64,000 nt of DNA from Blastocatellia bacterium (lineage in GTDB: Bacteria > Acidobacteriota > Blastocatellia > UBA7656): assembly GCA_963765495.1 (NCBI GenBank), contig CAVXWP010000008.1, positions 224,001 through 288,000 of the forward strand. Direction: 5' to 3'. Made by a program: the position numbers and the translations under genes. The notes beneath the pieces were generated by a model, which saw nothing but the letters and a program-made list of their open reading frames with translations, ran no database searches and was not told where the DNA came from. Shown one piece after another: positions 53,049 through 62,627 of this stretch. Position 1 is the stretch's first letter, and each line of letters begins with the position of its first letter.

Positions 53049-54410
53049 TCAATCAGTAGCCCACATAAGCTGGCTCATTACGGATACGGCGGTCACAATC
53101 AGAATAATTATGCCTCCGGCAACAAACATAGCTGTAATATTTAGGTCAACCATGACGCCAGCCAGTGCCAGAGACGCCGGTTCGAGCAACGAGACGGCAA
53201 ACATCATTACACCGACTACTCTGCCAAGCATTCCCGATTTCGATCTGGTTTGGAGCCACGCCATAATATTGACATTCGCAAGGCCGGACCCGATGCCCAT
53301 CGCAGCCATCACAAAGACAGCTACTAAAACATTCGAGGCAAATCCCATTGCGATCATGCCAATCGAGAAGAGAATGCCGAGTCCTATCAACAATCTTCCC
53401 CGGCGACGCGGCTCTTTCATCGTTCCTGCGAGGAAGGTCCCAATTATCGTACCTCCGCCAAGGGCGGAAAATATCGTCCCGAGCGCCATTGCTCCACCCT
53501 TGTATCGCTGGTCAGATAGTGCGGTTATGCCTACCGATAGCGGGCCTGTGAATGAGAATTCCATCACAGCAATGAAAAACATTAGGGCGCGAAGCACAGG
53601 GTCTTTCCAGGCATAGCGCGCCCCTTCAATTACGGAGGACATCAATTCCCTGAATGGATTCCGATTCTGTATTACGGGCTCTTCTTCAAAAGGAGGAGCA
53701 TCATTTTCGGGCGGAGCCACGGTATTGGGAATCCCTCTCATCATCCAGAGGCAAAGGGCTGAAATGATAAATGTAAGGGCGTCGGTCGCGAATGCTACAC
53801 CGTTATTTGTGGCTTCGATCACGAACCCGGCAAGCGCCGGTCCAACAAAACTCATGATTCGTCTTGACCCCTGGAGGAGGGAGTTGGCAGGGGTTAACCG
53901 CTCTCTTGGAATCAGCAGGGGTACGGCCGCCATGTAGGCGGGGAAGAAGAACGCGTCTACGCAACCAAACACGATGGCGAGGAGATATAGATGCCAGAGC
54001 TTGAGGCTTTCCATCAGAATTAAGACCATTACTGCTGCCATAAGTAAGGCGCGGACCACATCAGAGACCAGCATTAGCGTTCTTGGTGAGACCCGATCGC
54101 TAATAGCTCCAGCCAGAAGCTGGAAAACCGCCCGTGTGATCCCGGTTGCCATAAGCACTGTGCCCACCGCAATCCCGGACCCGGTCAATTGCAGTGTCAG
54201 CCATGGCAATGCGATAAGATAAAACTTGTCGCCAAAGACCGAAATAACCTGCCCGACCCACAGCAAACGAAAATTCGGAATTGTGAGCGGCTGCCAAAGC
54301 GGCAAACCTCGCAATCGTCCGATGTATGAACTCCTGGGCGGCGGTTCATCTTCACCTGAGTACCTTTGGGAACCCGTCATGGATTTGGGGCAACTCCTGT
54401 TGGCAGTCAA
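53049..54410 (-). CDS. MFS transporter (DHA3/macrolide-efflux-like)
   Basis: NFRLLWVGQVISVFGD; about 12 TM segments; MLGRV. Confidence 0.9.
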   Translation of the reverse strand: MTANRSCPKSMTGSQRYSGEDEPPPRSSYIGRLRGLPLWQPLTIPNFRLLWVGQVISVFGDKFYLIALPWLTLQLTGSGIAVGTVLMATGITRAVFQLLAGAISDRVSPRTLMLVSDVVRALLMAAVMVLILMESLKLWHLYLLAIVFGCVDAFFFPAYMAAVPLLIPRERLTPANSLLQGSRRIMSFVGPALAGFVIEATNNGVAFATDALTFIISALCLWMMRGIPNTVAPPENDAPPFEEEPVIQNRNPFRELMSSVIEGARYAWKDPVLRALMFFIAVMEFSFTGPLSVGITALSDQRYKGGAMALGTIFSALGGGTIIGTFLAGTMKEPRRRGRLLIGLGILFSIGMIAMGFASNVLVAVFVMAAMGIGSGLANVNIMAWLQTRSKSGMLGRVVGVMMFAVSLLEPASLALAGVMVDLNITAMFVAGGIIILIVTAVSVMSQLMWATD

Positions 54411-54499
54411 AAGATAAGCCTCCTCCCGAGGCTCTCCCTAAGCGGGAAGGGTCACTAGAAATCTTTGAAACAACGAATTAAATTAGTATCGTCTTGCTA

Positions 54500-57046
54500 C
54501 TAGAACAACCACAATTCGGGCCTTAGCGCCTGCCATACCTTGTTGGCCAGAATCAACCCTATTGATTTTCGGCCAAAGCTGATGCGAGCATAGCCGGTCA
54601 TCCCCGGGCGGAGGATCCCTTCAGAATTATCAACAACCACTTCGACGGGATAGAAGTTTTGCCCCAACTGGTTTGGAGCGGGTTCAGCATTTATTTTTGA
54701 GACGCGCCCTGTAAATGTGCGTCCCGGGACAGTCTTCAGCTTGAATCGAACCGGGGAGTCCATCCGCACATCTGCGATCTCGCGCTCGCTCACTTCTATT
54801 CTGAGCAGGAAGTCCGCAAGTTCGCCTATGCGGCAAACCTCTTCGCCCCGGCTGTAGTGCTTTCCAACCTGGCGTCGCAAATCATCGCCAAGGACTACGC
54901 CTGCGCGCTCGGCGACAAGGTTCATCCCCTGATACTGCCGGTCAAGCAGATCGCGTCGCTGCTTGAGCGATTCGAGCTCTCCGCGATTGGCGTGGAGATC
55001 GGCTATGAGCGCCTCAAAGCTTGACTGCGCCGCCCGCGCTTCGGTTTCAGCGACAAGCGAGGTCGTTTCGGCACCGCTCGCCTGGCGGCGATGCTCGACT
55101 AAAGCGGCCTCAAGCCGGGCGCGTGCTGCCTGTTCTTCTTTTTCAGAAATCTTCATTGCCGCGACCGCTCTATCTAGTTGTTGCTCGCCCACAAGTCCCT
55201 CGGAGAGCAGTCTCTTGTATCGCTCAACCTCTCGCCTGTTGAATTCCATTTCGGTCTGTTTCAACTCGATCTCAGACTGCATGACTTTTAGCGAGGCGGG
55301 AAGGGAAGATGCCCGACGGGTTTGCCATTCATTGATCTGGCTTGTCTCTTCTTTCAACTCCCCGGCCATTCGCTTTCGCTCAACCTCTTTGAAATTGGCC
55401 GAAAGCATCAGCTCGCTGCGCACTCTCAACTCGTCTTCGAGCCGGGTTGCATTTGTGCTCAGTCTTTCGATTTCCGCATTGAGTTGCGTGAGGCGATCCT
55501 CGATTTCAGGATTTGAAAGATGGGCTAATTTTGTTCCGATCGCGATTATGTCCCCTGGCGCAACGAAGACCTCGGAAAGCACGCCGTCGGTGTTGGCACG
55601 GGCAACTTCTTCGCGTCCCGGCGGTAATAGCAAGGCGCAATCACTTCCCGTAGACGCTTCCCACGGCGCAATAAGGGCCGTTATTATCAGCAGCGCGGCG
55701 AAAATCTTGATTGCCTGTCGGCGGGTAGGAAACCGACTCTTCCCGTCCCCTTCGGTTTTGTCCTTCGTCTCCTGATCTCCTCTCTCTCTCTCCGTTTGAG
55801 CAGACATCTTTGATTCTCCTTCCTGCCGACCTTGCCCTAGCGTCCTGAAGGCTGCCTTCGCTGCGGGCTTCCACCATTTTTCTGTAAGCAAAATAGCAAG
55901 AATCACGGTAAAGAGCACGCCGATCGGCCCCAGACCGCTCATCAATTTCTCTCCGGCCCAGCGTAAAATAAACCATATTAAAATTATTGAGTAGAGGATT
56001 GAGCAAACCCAATAAATCGAATAAAGAAGGGGTCGGTCGGGCTCTATCCTCTGCGCCGGTCGCTGGCCTGCGATCCGTCCGTAAAGCGATTTCATATATT
56101 CGGAGGATCGGGTCTGAAGGTTTTGCACGCCCAGGGCTTGTGAGAGCGCATAGTATCCGTCAAGTTTGATGAGCGGGTTGCAGTTTATAATGATGTTAAA
56201 AGTCCCGCCTAAAAATACTAAAAAGCAAAAATCCGCAAGAAGCGAATAGGGCGTTGCCACAAGCCAGATCAAGGCGCCCAGGGCGCTGATCGAGAGTTGC
56301 CAGTAGATGCCCGCAAATATTACCCACAACCTCTCGGTTCTTCTGCCGAAGCGATAAATATCGGTTACATTGCAATAGAAGGCAGGCAGCACATAGTAAA
56401 TCATCAGGACTCCGACTTCGCGGACGTCTCCCCCGAAGTGTTTGCAGGCGAGCCCGTGCGCAAGTTCATGGAGCGCAGTGATGGTCAGCGTGATCGCGAG
56501 TATCGTCGCCAGACCATATTCGGAATAGGTATAGGATGTATATGAAGAGACTTCACCCGAATTGCTCAACATCAGGAAGGTCGCAAGTATCATCAAAACA
56601 AATGAGGCTGTTATAAAGGGCCTAGTCATTGCCCATCCCAACCTTTTATCCATCCATCCAAGTAATCGGTCAGGGTTGAAGAGGTGGAATTTTATGTATA
56701 ACCCTCGCCCCTGTTTGCCGGAGGAATCGGGCTGTAAGTCGCCGCCTCGTTCAAGCAGTCCAAGGTCATCGAGTTTTGTGAGGAATTTTGAAAGCGCGAT
56801 TGAGGATACGCGTGGGCCGGTTCCTGTTCGTCCTCCGCGAGCGACCTCGGATGGCGTCTGTGTGCCGTCGAACTGGCAGAATACTCTGTACTCAGGAGTC
56901 TTGAGGAGGAAGTAACGAGAAGTGACTGAATTCCTGATTACATAGCGGATCATACCCTCTTCCACCTGTTCGGTAACGTCTACCGAATCCGACACACGCG
57001 GGGGGAAACAGCAGTAGAGTCCAGTTTTTTCATCGGGTCCATGCAT
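54500..57046 (-). CDS. PqqD/RRE-like plus M50-type zinc peptidase plus HlyD membrane-fusion protein
   Basis: N-terminal YVIRN...YFLL...FDG...L...GLL winged-helix-like region; HELAH and NPLIKLDGYY; coiled coil; C-terminal LRPGMTG. Confidence 0.85.
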   Translation of the reverse strand: MHGPDEKTGLYCCFPPRVSDSVDVTEQVEEGMIRYVIRNSVTSRYFLLKTPEYRVFCQFDGTQTPSEVARGGRTGTGPRVSSIALSKFLTKLDDLGLLERGGDLQPDSSGKQGRGLYIKFHLFNPDRLLGWMDKRLGWAMTRPFITASFVLMILATFLMLSNSGEVSSYTSYTYSEYGLATILAITLTITALHELAHGLACKHFGGDVREVGVLMIYYVLPAFYCNVTDIYRFGRRTERLWVIFAGIYWQLSISALGALIWLVATPYSLLADFCFLVFLGGTFNIIINCNPLIKLDGYYALSQALGVQNLQTRSSEYMKSLYGRIAGQRPAQRIEPDRPLLYSIYWVCSILYSIILIWFILRWAGEKLMSGLGPIGVLFTVILAILLTEKWWKPAAKAAFRTLGQGRQEGESKMSAQTERERGDQETKDKTEGDGKSRFPTRRQAIKIFAALLIITALIAPWEASTGSDCALLLPPGREEVARANTDGVLSEVFVAPGDIIAIGTKLAHLSNPEIEDRLTQLNAEIERLSTNATRLEDELRVRSELMLSANFKEVERKRMAGELKEETSQINEWQTRRASSLPASLKVMQSEIELKQTEMEFNRREVERYKRLLSEGLVGEQQLDRAVAAMKISEKEEQAARARLEAALVEHRRQASGAETTSLVAETEARAAQSSFEALIADLHANRGELESLKQRRDLLDRQYQGMNLVAERAGVVLGDDLRRQVGKHYSRGEEVCRIGELADFLLRIEVSEREIADVRMDSPVRFKLKTVPGRTFTGRVSKINAEPAPNQLGQNFYPVEVVVDNSEGILRPGMTGYARISFGRKSIGLILANKVWQALRPELWLF

Positions 57047-57213
57047 GTACAGGCAGCCTTATAACACAAAGTAAAAGAGCGCGGAAGCCGGGGATTTCAA
57101 ATTGGTTTCTGTCAGAATTTCTTTGCGCCTGACGAAACCAAATCCAATCCTCGTTCCGCGCCCCTCGCCAGTACCGATCAATCAGTAAAGGCTTGCTTTG
57201 ATCGAGAACTTGA

Positions 57214-57306
57214 TTAATCGCTGAGCAGAAAACCCGGCGCCACAACCTGTTCCATCTCTTCGATTTCCATCTCATCAATAATCAATTCGTTTCTTTCGTC
57301 GGTCAT
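57214..57306 (-). CDS. Precursor peptide 3: MTDERNELIIDEMEIEEMEQVVAPGFLLSD
   Basis: AAGGAG RBS, ATG...TAA; paralog of peptides 1 and 2. Confidence 0.9.
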   Translation of the reverse strand: MTDERNELIIDEMEIEEMEQVVAPGFLLSD

Positions 57307-57349
57307 GATCTTCTCCTTTTGATTTAAGCAGTCTATGTATTGATAATTG

Positions 57350-57378
57350 CTGCGCGTCGGTGTCGCGATGACGCGCAG
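57350..57378. repeat. Conserved intergenic hairpin after peptide 2
   Basis: CTGCGCGTC-ggtgtcgcgat-GACGCGCAG; near copy at 57521-57547. Confidence 0.7.
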
Positions 57379-57389
57379 GTATAAGCGAA

Positions 57390-57482
57390 TCAGTTGCTGA
57401 TCAACATACCCGGAGCTTCGATCTGCTCCATCTCTTCGATTACCATCTCTTCAAGGATCACTTCGTTTCTTTCGTCAGTCAT
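57390..57482 (-). CDS. Precursor peptide 2: MTDERNEVILEEMVIEEMEQIEAPGMLISN
   Basis: AAGGAGG RBS, ATG...TGA. Confidence 0.9.
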   Translation of the reverse strand: MTDERNEVILEEMVIEEMEQIEAPGMLISN

Positions 57483-57520
57483 GGCGTCCTCCTTTTTAAT
57501 GTTTTCGGTCGGGAAAAGTG

Positions 57521-57547
57521 CTGCGCGCCAGTGTCGCGATGACGCGC
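57521..57547. repeat. Conserved intergenic hairpin after peptide 1
   Basis: CTGCGCGCCAGTGTCGCGATGACGCGC. Confidence 0.65.
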
Positions 57548-57558
57548 TATAAAATAAA

Positions 57559-57657
57559 CTAGTCGCTGATCAACATGCCCGGAGCTTCGATCTGCTCCAT
57601 CTCTTCTATGTTAAGCTCGGTTACGAGTACGGCTTCGTTGTTTCTTTCGTCAGTCAT
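57559..57657 (-). CDS. Precursor peptide 1: MTDERNNEAVLVTELNIEEMEQIEAPGMLISD
   Basis: AAGGAG RBS, ATG...TAG. Confidence 0.9.
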   Translation of the reverse strand: MTDERNNEAVLVTELNIEEMEQIEAPGMLISD

Positions 57658-57716
57658 GATGTTCTCCTTCTGAATTTTAGGTTTTTCTTATTACTGCGTG
57701 TTACATCCTGTTGTAG

Positions 57717-57732
57717 TGCAACAGTCGTGCCA
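57717..57732 (-). promoter_or_regulatory. Sigma-54 -24/-12 promoter
   Basis: TGGCACGACTGTTGCA matches the consensus TGGCACG-N4-TTGCW exactly, 60 bp upstream of peptide 1. Confidence 0.85.
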
Positions 57733-57819
57733 CTCTTTTACATCTTCGAACTCTGATGTCTTTCTATGCAGTTTCAATGACTTAGCCCGATTGGCGAGAA
57801 CTACCTGATTTCACTCGGA

Positions 57820-57925
57820 GTGTGAACCAGATACACACATTAGAAGCGCATTCCCGTATTTGTTGCAAATAAAAGGTGATAGTGGCAGTGTGTAGCAGCT
57901 ACACACCTGTGAATCTGCTACACAT
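57820..57925. promoter_or_regulatory. Three 19-bp palindromic upstream activator-like sites
   Basis: GTGTGAACCAGATACACAC (57820), GTGTGTAGCAGCTACACAC (57888, perfect inverted repeat) and CTGTGAATCTGCTACACAT (57907). Confidence 0.75.
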
Positions 57926-58094
57926 TACCGAAGCCCCCGAAATTGATGTGATTTGAATGGCCAAACGGGTGACCAGGGGAGAAGAACTTAGAGCAGGTAA
58001 GAGCACATCACAGAGAAAATCCTTTGCCAGTCCCGTCGATCTTATATAGAATCAGATCAACCCCCTCAAAGTTTAGCCCCTTCGGAGATAGACT

Positions 58095-58400
58095 ATGAGC
58101 GTTTTGCCGTATAGGGATGGTCTGTTTGAAAGTTTTGAAAAGCTCGTCGAGATAAAGATTTGTAGTATGCCTGCCAGCGTTCCAGAAAATAATAAGCTGC
58201 TTCGCTGCTTTCAATATATAAAGATGGACACGGTTTCGCTTGGCGACTATTGCTGGAATGGCGACTGTACAAACTGCCAGATATGGTACAGGGCTGAGAA
58301 TGGCGAAGTTAAGTCTGCACTTGCCTGCAAAATGTATGTGCGGCCCGGGCTCGATATAACAGCCGTAAGCGCAAATTTGAGATTTGATTTGACTGAGTGA
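58095..58400 (+). CDS. Small 2Fe-2S ferredoxin-like protein
   Basis: YCWNGDCTNC...LAC cysteine pattern. Confidence 0.75.
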   Translation: MSVLPYRDGLFESFEKLVEIKICSMPASVPENNKLLRCFQYIKMDTVSLGDYCWNGDCTNCQIWYRAENGEVKSALACKMYVRPGLDITAVSANLRFDLTE

Positions 58401-58403
58401 TCT

Positions 58404-59042
58404 CTATTGTGCGGGTTTGAACAGGAAACGGTGAATCATGTCACTAAGAGCGTTTATAGCGCTTTCCTTGTCAAATTCTCCGATCCCCGTCACATAATAC
58501 TGGGAGAGATCAAAGACCGCGCGTTGTACGACAAAGGCTGCGGCATCGACATCGATCTGCTGTGTAAGACCGGCTTTTTGAGCCAGAGAAATCAACTCTC
58601 TGAGTCTGGAAATGGACCTCCCCATAATGGCTCTCTGTCTTTCGGCAAACTCCGCATCCTTCAGGACGAGTTCACAGATTACCCGATGAAGACCGGCATT
58701 CTTTTGTTTGTCCTCGATTGCGTGAAGGACAGCCTGTCTTATGCGCGGCCTCAGTTCGGGGTCAAAAAGGTCTTCGGGTCTCAGGGTGGCAAAGGTATTC
58801 TTAAACAACTCGTCGGCAAGCCGATCAAAGATGGTCAGAAGCAACTGCCGTTTGTCATTAAAGTAGACATAAAAGGAACCGACGCTTACCCCTGCTTCGG
58901 CTGCAATATCATTCGATGTGGTCTTTTCAAATCCGCGTTCCTCGAATAGTTCCGTAGCTGCAAGGATGATCTTTTCCTTTGTCTGTTTGCTCCTGGCCTG
59001 CTTTGGATCACTCGGAATGCTTACTATAATTGCCTCACCCAT
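58404..59042 (-). CDS. TetR/AcrR family regulator
   Basis: IILAATELFEERGFEKTTSNDIAAEAGVSVGSFYVYF. Confidence 0.93.
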   Translation of the reverse strand: MGEAIIVSIPSDPKQARSKQTKEKIILAATELFEERGFEKTTSNDIAAEAGVSVGSFYVYFNDKRQLLLTIFDRLADELFKNTFATLRPEDLFDPELRPRIRQAVLHAIEDKQKNAGLHRVICELVLKDAEFAERQRAIMGRSISRLRELISLAQKAGLTQQIDVDAAAFVVQRAVFDLSQYYVTGIGEFDKESAINALSDMIHRFLFKPAQ

Positions 59043-59205
59043 GTTTTCTCCTAAATGATGATTTATTTCCAAGATCGGGAGGCAATTATATAACACCTGA
59101 TGCGGAGTTCAAAATAGTTCCTAACAATTTGAAGATAAACTCGATAAACAGCCTGAGAATTTGAGTTCATATTCAATCAGAGGAAAGCGAGCAACAAGAC
59201 CCGCA

Positions 59206-60396
59206 TCAGGATCGAGCGGAATCAAGCCCCTCGGGCACCTGGTCGAGAACGGGCAGAGTTTGTCGAGCTTCAGGATTTGTCTTTAGGATCGCCGGATCTG
59301 GAAGGGGAATAGGATTGTAGAGCGTGTCGCGTTCTACGGGAACGCGTCCGGCATCACGGATCAAATTCTCTATTCCAGACTTGGTAAGATGGTTGGCATT
59401 CCCCTCGGCCAGATAAGATTCCATCAAAGAACCGCCGTCGTTTATCGTCCCGTCAAGATCATCGGCGCCGAATCGTTGAGCCACCTGAGCCAGATTTTTC
59501 CCAAGCATAACCCAATAGGCTTTTATGTGGTTGATATTATCGAGAAGCAGCCGCGAGATTGCTATAGTCTTGAGGCTGTCGATCCCCGAAGGGCCGGGCA
59601 GGTTGGAAATAGCGGTACCCTCCGGGTGAAATGCAAGGGGTATGAAACACATGAATCCGCCGGTTCGATCCTGTAGCTCTCTGAGCCGGATCAAATGATC
59701 CACACGATCTTCCGCGGTTTCGATATGACCGTAAAGCATCGTTGCATTTGTGTGAATACCGCGTTTATGGACTTTCTCGGTCAGTTCGAGCCATCTTTCT
59801 GCCGACGTTTTATGAGCGCAGATGCGACTGCGCGTAGGCTCGGCAAATATTTCTGCCCCGCCGCCAGGACAGCTACCCAGCCCGGCTGAAATCAGGCCAT
59901 CTATTACCTCTTCGTCGCTCATCCTGCAAATTCTTGTCAGGTGATCAAGCTCGACCATTGTAAATGCCTTAAGGTGTAAATCGGGGAAATTCCGCTTTAA
60001 TTCACTCAATAATGATGTGTAATAATCGAATTGCAAACGAGGATGTAACCCGCCTACTATATGAATCTCACGCGCTCCTTCGTTGTAGGCTTTCCCGGCT
60101 ATTTCAACGCACTCCTCGACAGACCACTCATAGCCTTCGGGGTCTCGAACGCGGCGATAGAAACTGCAAAACGCGCAATCCGATATACATATATTTGTAT
60201 AGTTCATGTGGCGATTGACATTGTAGTAGGTAACATTTCCGTTTATACGTTCCCGAACCCGATTGGCCATCGCCCCGATGGCGATCAGATCATCCGAGCG
60301 GAATAGTTCCAGCCCGTCTTCGAAAGATAATCGCTCGTTGCCTTCAACTTTTTCCGCGATCTCCGCGATCTTCGGGGATGAAAAGACTAGATTCAT
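59206..60396 (-). CDS. mqnE: Aminofutalosine synthase (radical SAM, CofH/MqnE family)
   Basis: [34 protein letters not shown] and HIKAYWVM motifs. Confidence 0.88.
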   Translation of the reverse strand: MNLVFSSPKIAEIAEKVEGNERLSFEDGLELFRSDDLIAIGAMANRVRERINGNVTYYNVNRHMNYTNICISDCAFCSFYRRVRDPEGYEWSVEECVEIAGKAYNEGAREIHIVGGLHPRLQFDYYTSLLSELKRNFPDLHLKAFTMVELDHLTRICRMSDEEVIDGLISAGLGSCPGGGAEIFAEPTRSRICAHKTSAERWLELTEKVHKRGIHTNATMLYGHIETAEDRVDHLIRLRELQDRTGGFMCFIPLAFHPEGTAISNLPGPSGIDSLKTIAISRLLLDNINHIKAYWVMLGKNLAQVAQRFGADDLDGTINDGGSLMESYLAEGNANHLTKSGIENLIRDAGRVPVERDTLYNPIPLPDPAILKTNPEARQTLPVLDQVPEGLDSARS

Positions 60397-60497
60397 AAAT
60401 CGCTCCTTCGATGCTGATCTGGCTGCCGCATTCTCAAATTCGCAAGCCGTGTCTTTAGAATTATACCGAGAACGCGAGGACATACCAAATGATTGCC

Positions 60498-61619
60498 TCA
60501 GTGGCCCCGCGTAAGAAAGACGATAATTCCAATGACGACGACGAGCAAAAGCACGAACAGGAAGATTTTCCAGAAACTGTAAGGGCGCTCGCCCGAAACC
60601 ACGCCTGAGCGCGCATTAACCATGACCTGATATGTCTTCTGATTAAACCGATAGGCTCCGATGTAAACCGGCAACAGCAGGTGTTTGAAGGTGATACCGG
60701 AATAAGAGGTAGAAATGTTGTTTATCATCTGTTCATCGCCGCCGATATCTCGTCGGACATCATTTTCGATAACCCGCGCCATAATCGGCTTTGCCATCTC
60801 GAAGCCTTCTCCCATATCTATCTCGTAGCGTTGTGCCTTGAAGCCCGATAGATAAGCCGGTTCATAGGGCTTTATTTCAGGCAAATCCCACGGCTCAAGA
60901 GATTGAAGCCTGGGTCGAGAGATAGATTTGGTTGCGGCGATCAATACATCATCAAACCACCTTGAAACCTGACCCGAAGCCGGATGCCACGCGGTTCTGC
61001 GAACCTGTCTGGTCTTTGCCACGGAGTTCCCCTGATTGTCGGTCTCTGTGTAGGTCTCAGTCTCGTAGTAATACTCGCCTCGCTGGCCTGTGTAGTAGCT
61101 GGACGTATGAGAATCATAAGTCCAATAAGGGATGTAGACTCCACCAATAGATTCCTGATAGGCGAACTTTTTGAGTGCGTTTGGGGCAAACCACCGCGAC
61201 GCCAGCCATTTCTTTATGGAATCATTTGCCTGATTTTGAGGGACGCGAAACGGCAGCACCCCTTCGGGCGCAACAAGAGGGTCAGCCTGTTTTGGTTGAG
61301 CTACCAGTGGACGCCCGCAAAAGGGGCACTCGCCCGCTACCTCGGGAGGCGTAAATGTGACAGTCGCGCCGCATCCACCGCATTTAACCTCCAGCGCGTC
61401 CGAAGCGATGCGGGTCAAATGATCGGAGCGAAGATTTAAGTACTCCTCGTATGATCTTTCCTGAACCTGCTCGGCGCTTTCCGGGATGATTTCCTTGCGG
61501 CCACAATATGGACACTCAAGAACCCCGCCTTTGGGTTCGAAGAGGAGGTCTGCTCCACATCCCGGACAGGGGAAACGGTGCGGTTTCTGTTGTGTTGACG
61601 GTCTCGGAGAATCTTGCAT
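60498..61619 (-). CDS. Double zinc-ribbon membrane-anchored protein
   Basis: Four CxxC pairs; FKHLLLPVY...VNARSG...GERPYS followed by a C-terminal TM. Confidence 0.85.
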   Translation of the reverse strand: MQDSPRPSTQQKPHRFPCPGCGADLLFEPKGGVLECPYCGRKEIIPESAEQVQERSYEEYLNLRSDHLTRIASDALEVKCGGCGATVTFTPPEVAGECPFCGRPLVAQPKQADPLVAPEGVLPFRVPQNQANDSIKKWLASRWFAPNALKKFAYQESIGGVYIPYWTYDSHTSSYYTGQRGEYYYETETYTETDNQGNSVAKTRQVRRTAWHPASGQVSRWFDDVLIAATKSISRPRLQSLEPWDLPEIKPYEPAYLSGFKAQRYEIDMGEGFEMAKPIMARVIENDVRRDIGGDEQMINNISTSYSGITFKHLLLPVYIGAYRFNQKTYQVMVNARSGVVSGERPYSFWKIFLFVLLLVVVIGIIVFLTRGH

Positions 61620-61789
61620 AACAAAGAAGTTGCCACGAGCAGATGAGAGCTACTCATCGACTGCGGAATTATACAAAGATTCTCAAAGTTAACCAAGAGC
61701 GGATACAAACGATAGGGCGAGTAGGCCATCATTCTAAATCGGAATGCAAAAGATTGGTACAAACGAAACTCCAAAGTATGGTAATCAGA

Positions 61790-61891
61790 AATAGGCCGGG
61801 ACGGACGCGGATCAGACGGATTTTCGCGGATCTGACATTATATGATTTAATCCGCGTAGATCCGCCCGATCCGCGTCCGTCCCGGCCTATT
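61790..61891. repeat. Long REP-like palindrome
   Basis: 24-bp arms AATAGGCCGGGACGGACGCGGATC and its reverse complement. Confidence 0.8.
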
Positions 61892-62175
61892 CCGAGATGC
61901 ATTCCATTCACACTCATTTGTACCAATCTCTTGCGGAGTGATTTAGTTTTGAGGAGTGGCTCCTTATACTGAAAAAACGAACTCACCCCGTGGCTCAAGA
62001 AATGGTGTGCGCAACTTGTTTATAATGTGTGAGCCGGACCGCGCCTTCCTTAAATTCTTTCGAGTAGTTTTTCACTGTTTAATATTACCCCCGGTTATGT
62101 CATCGATTGCGTTGGAGGGATATGACTTAACTCCTCTTCTACTCTACGGAGGAAGGGGCAAGTAGGGCATAGCGC

Positions 62176-62319
62176 CAGCAATTCTCGGTTTAGAGGAAAT
62201 CGCACCGGGATATACCACGAAACAGACTAAATACACGAATAATTCTTCTATTTCGTGTGCTTCGTGTATTTCGTGGTTCACTTTTTGTTAAGACAGAATT
62301 TCTAAACCGAGAATTGCTG
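62176..62319. mobile_element. 144-bp MITE-like element, copy 2
   Basis: Same sequence and orientation as 11938-12081. Confidence 0.85.
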
Positions 62320-62402
62320 GTTGAAGATCAAGCAATGCGATTAAGCCAACGTCTTTCACCATCAATCAATTTTCGCAATGGAATCTTTTGTCGTCGCGCC
62401 AT
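62320..62402 (-). pseudogene. Possible IS630-like transposase N-terminal remnant
   Basis: GGAGG RBS; MARRQKIPLRKLIDGERRWLNRIA* resembles IS630 HTH starts (from memory); ends at the MITE. Confidence 0.4.
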
Positions 62403-62522
62403 AATAACCTCCATCTGAGACTCCATATTCTGGGCGCGTATTATGGCTATATAATTGTAAGGTGACCCAATAGCTGCAAGGCAGAGTAATTCATTTTTTC
62501 AGTATGCAAGAGAGAAGAATGC

Positions 62523-62592
62523 GAATAGGCCACGGATGACACGGATCAGATCGGTGAAAATCCGTCTGATCCGTGTCATCCGTGGCCTATTC
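62523..62592. repeat. REP-like palindrome related to 61790-61891
   Basis: GAATAGGCCACGGATGACACGGATCAGA...TCTGATCCGTGTCATCCGTGGCCTATTC. Confidence 0.8.
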
Positions 62593-62627
62593 TTGCCTGG
62601 CCTTTTTCACAAATTAACCTTTCAAAC

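Noticed and set aside
57030-57278. 82-aa ORF in the supplied track
   Set aside because: Overlaps peptide 3 out of frame; peptide 3 has the RBS and two paralogs
57214-57657. Repeat-spacer appearance suggesting a CRISPR or ncRNA array
   Set aside because: The repeats are open reading frames with RBS, start, stop and synonymous changes; there are no cas genes
59206-60396. Radical SAM enzyme as maturase for the nearby peptides
   Set aside because: Motifs match MqnE of menaquinone synthesis; no RRE or SPASM domain; separated by unrelated genes
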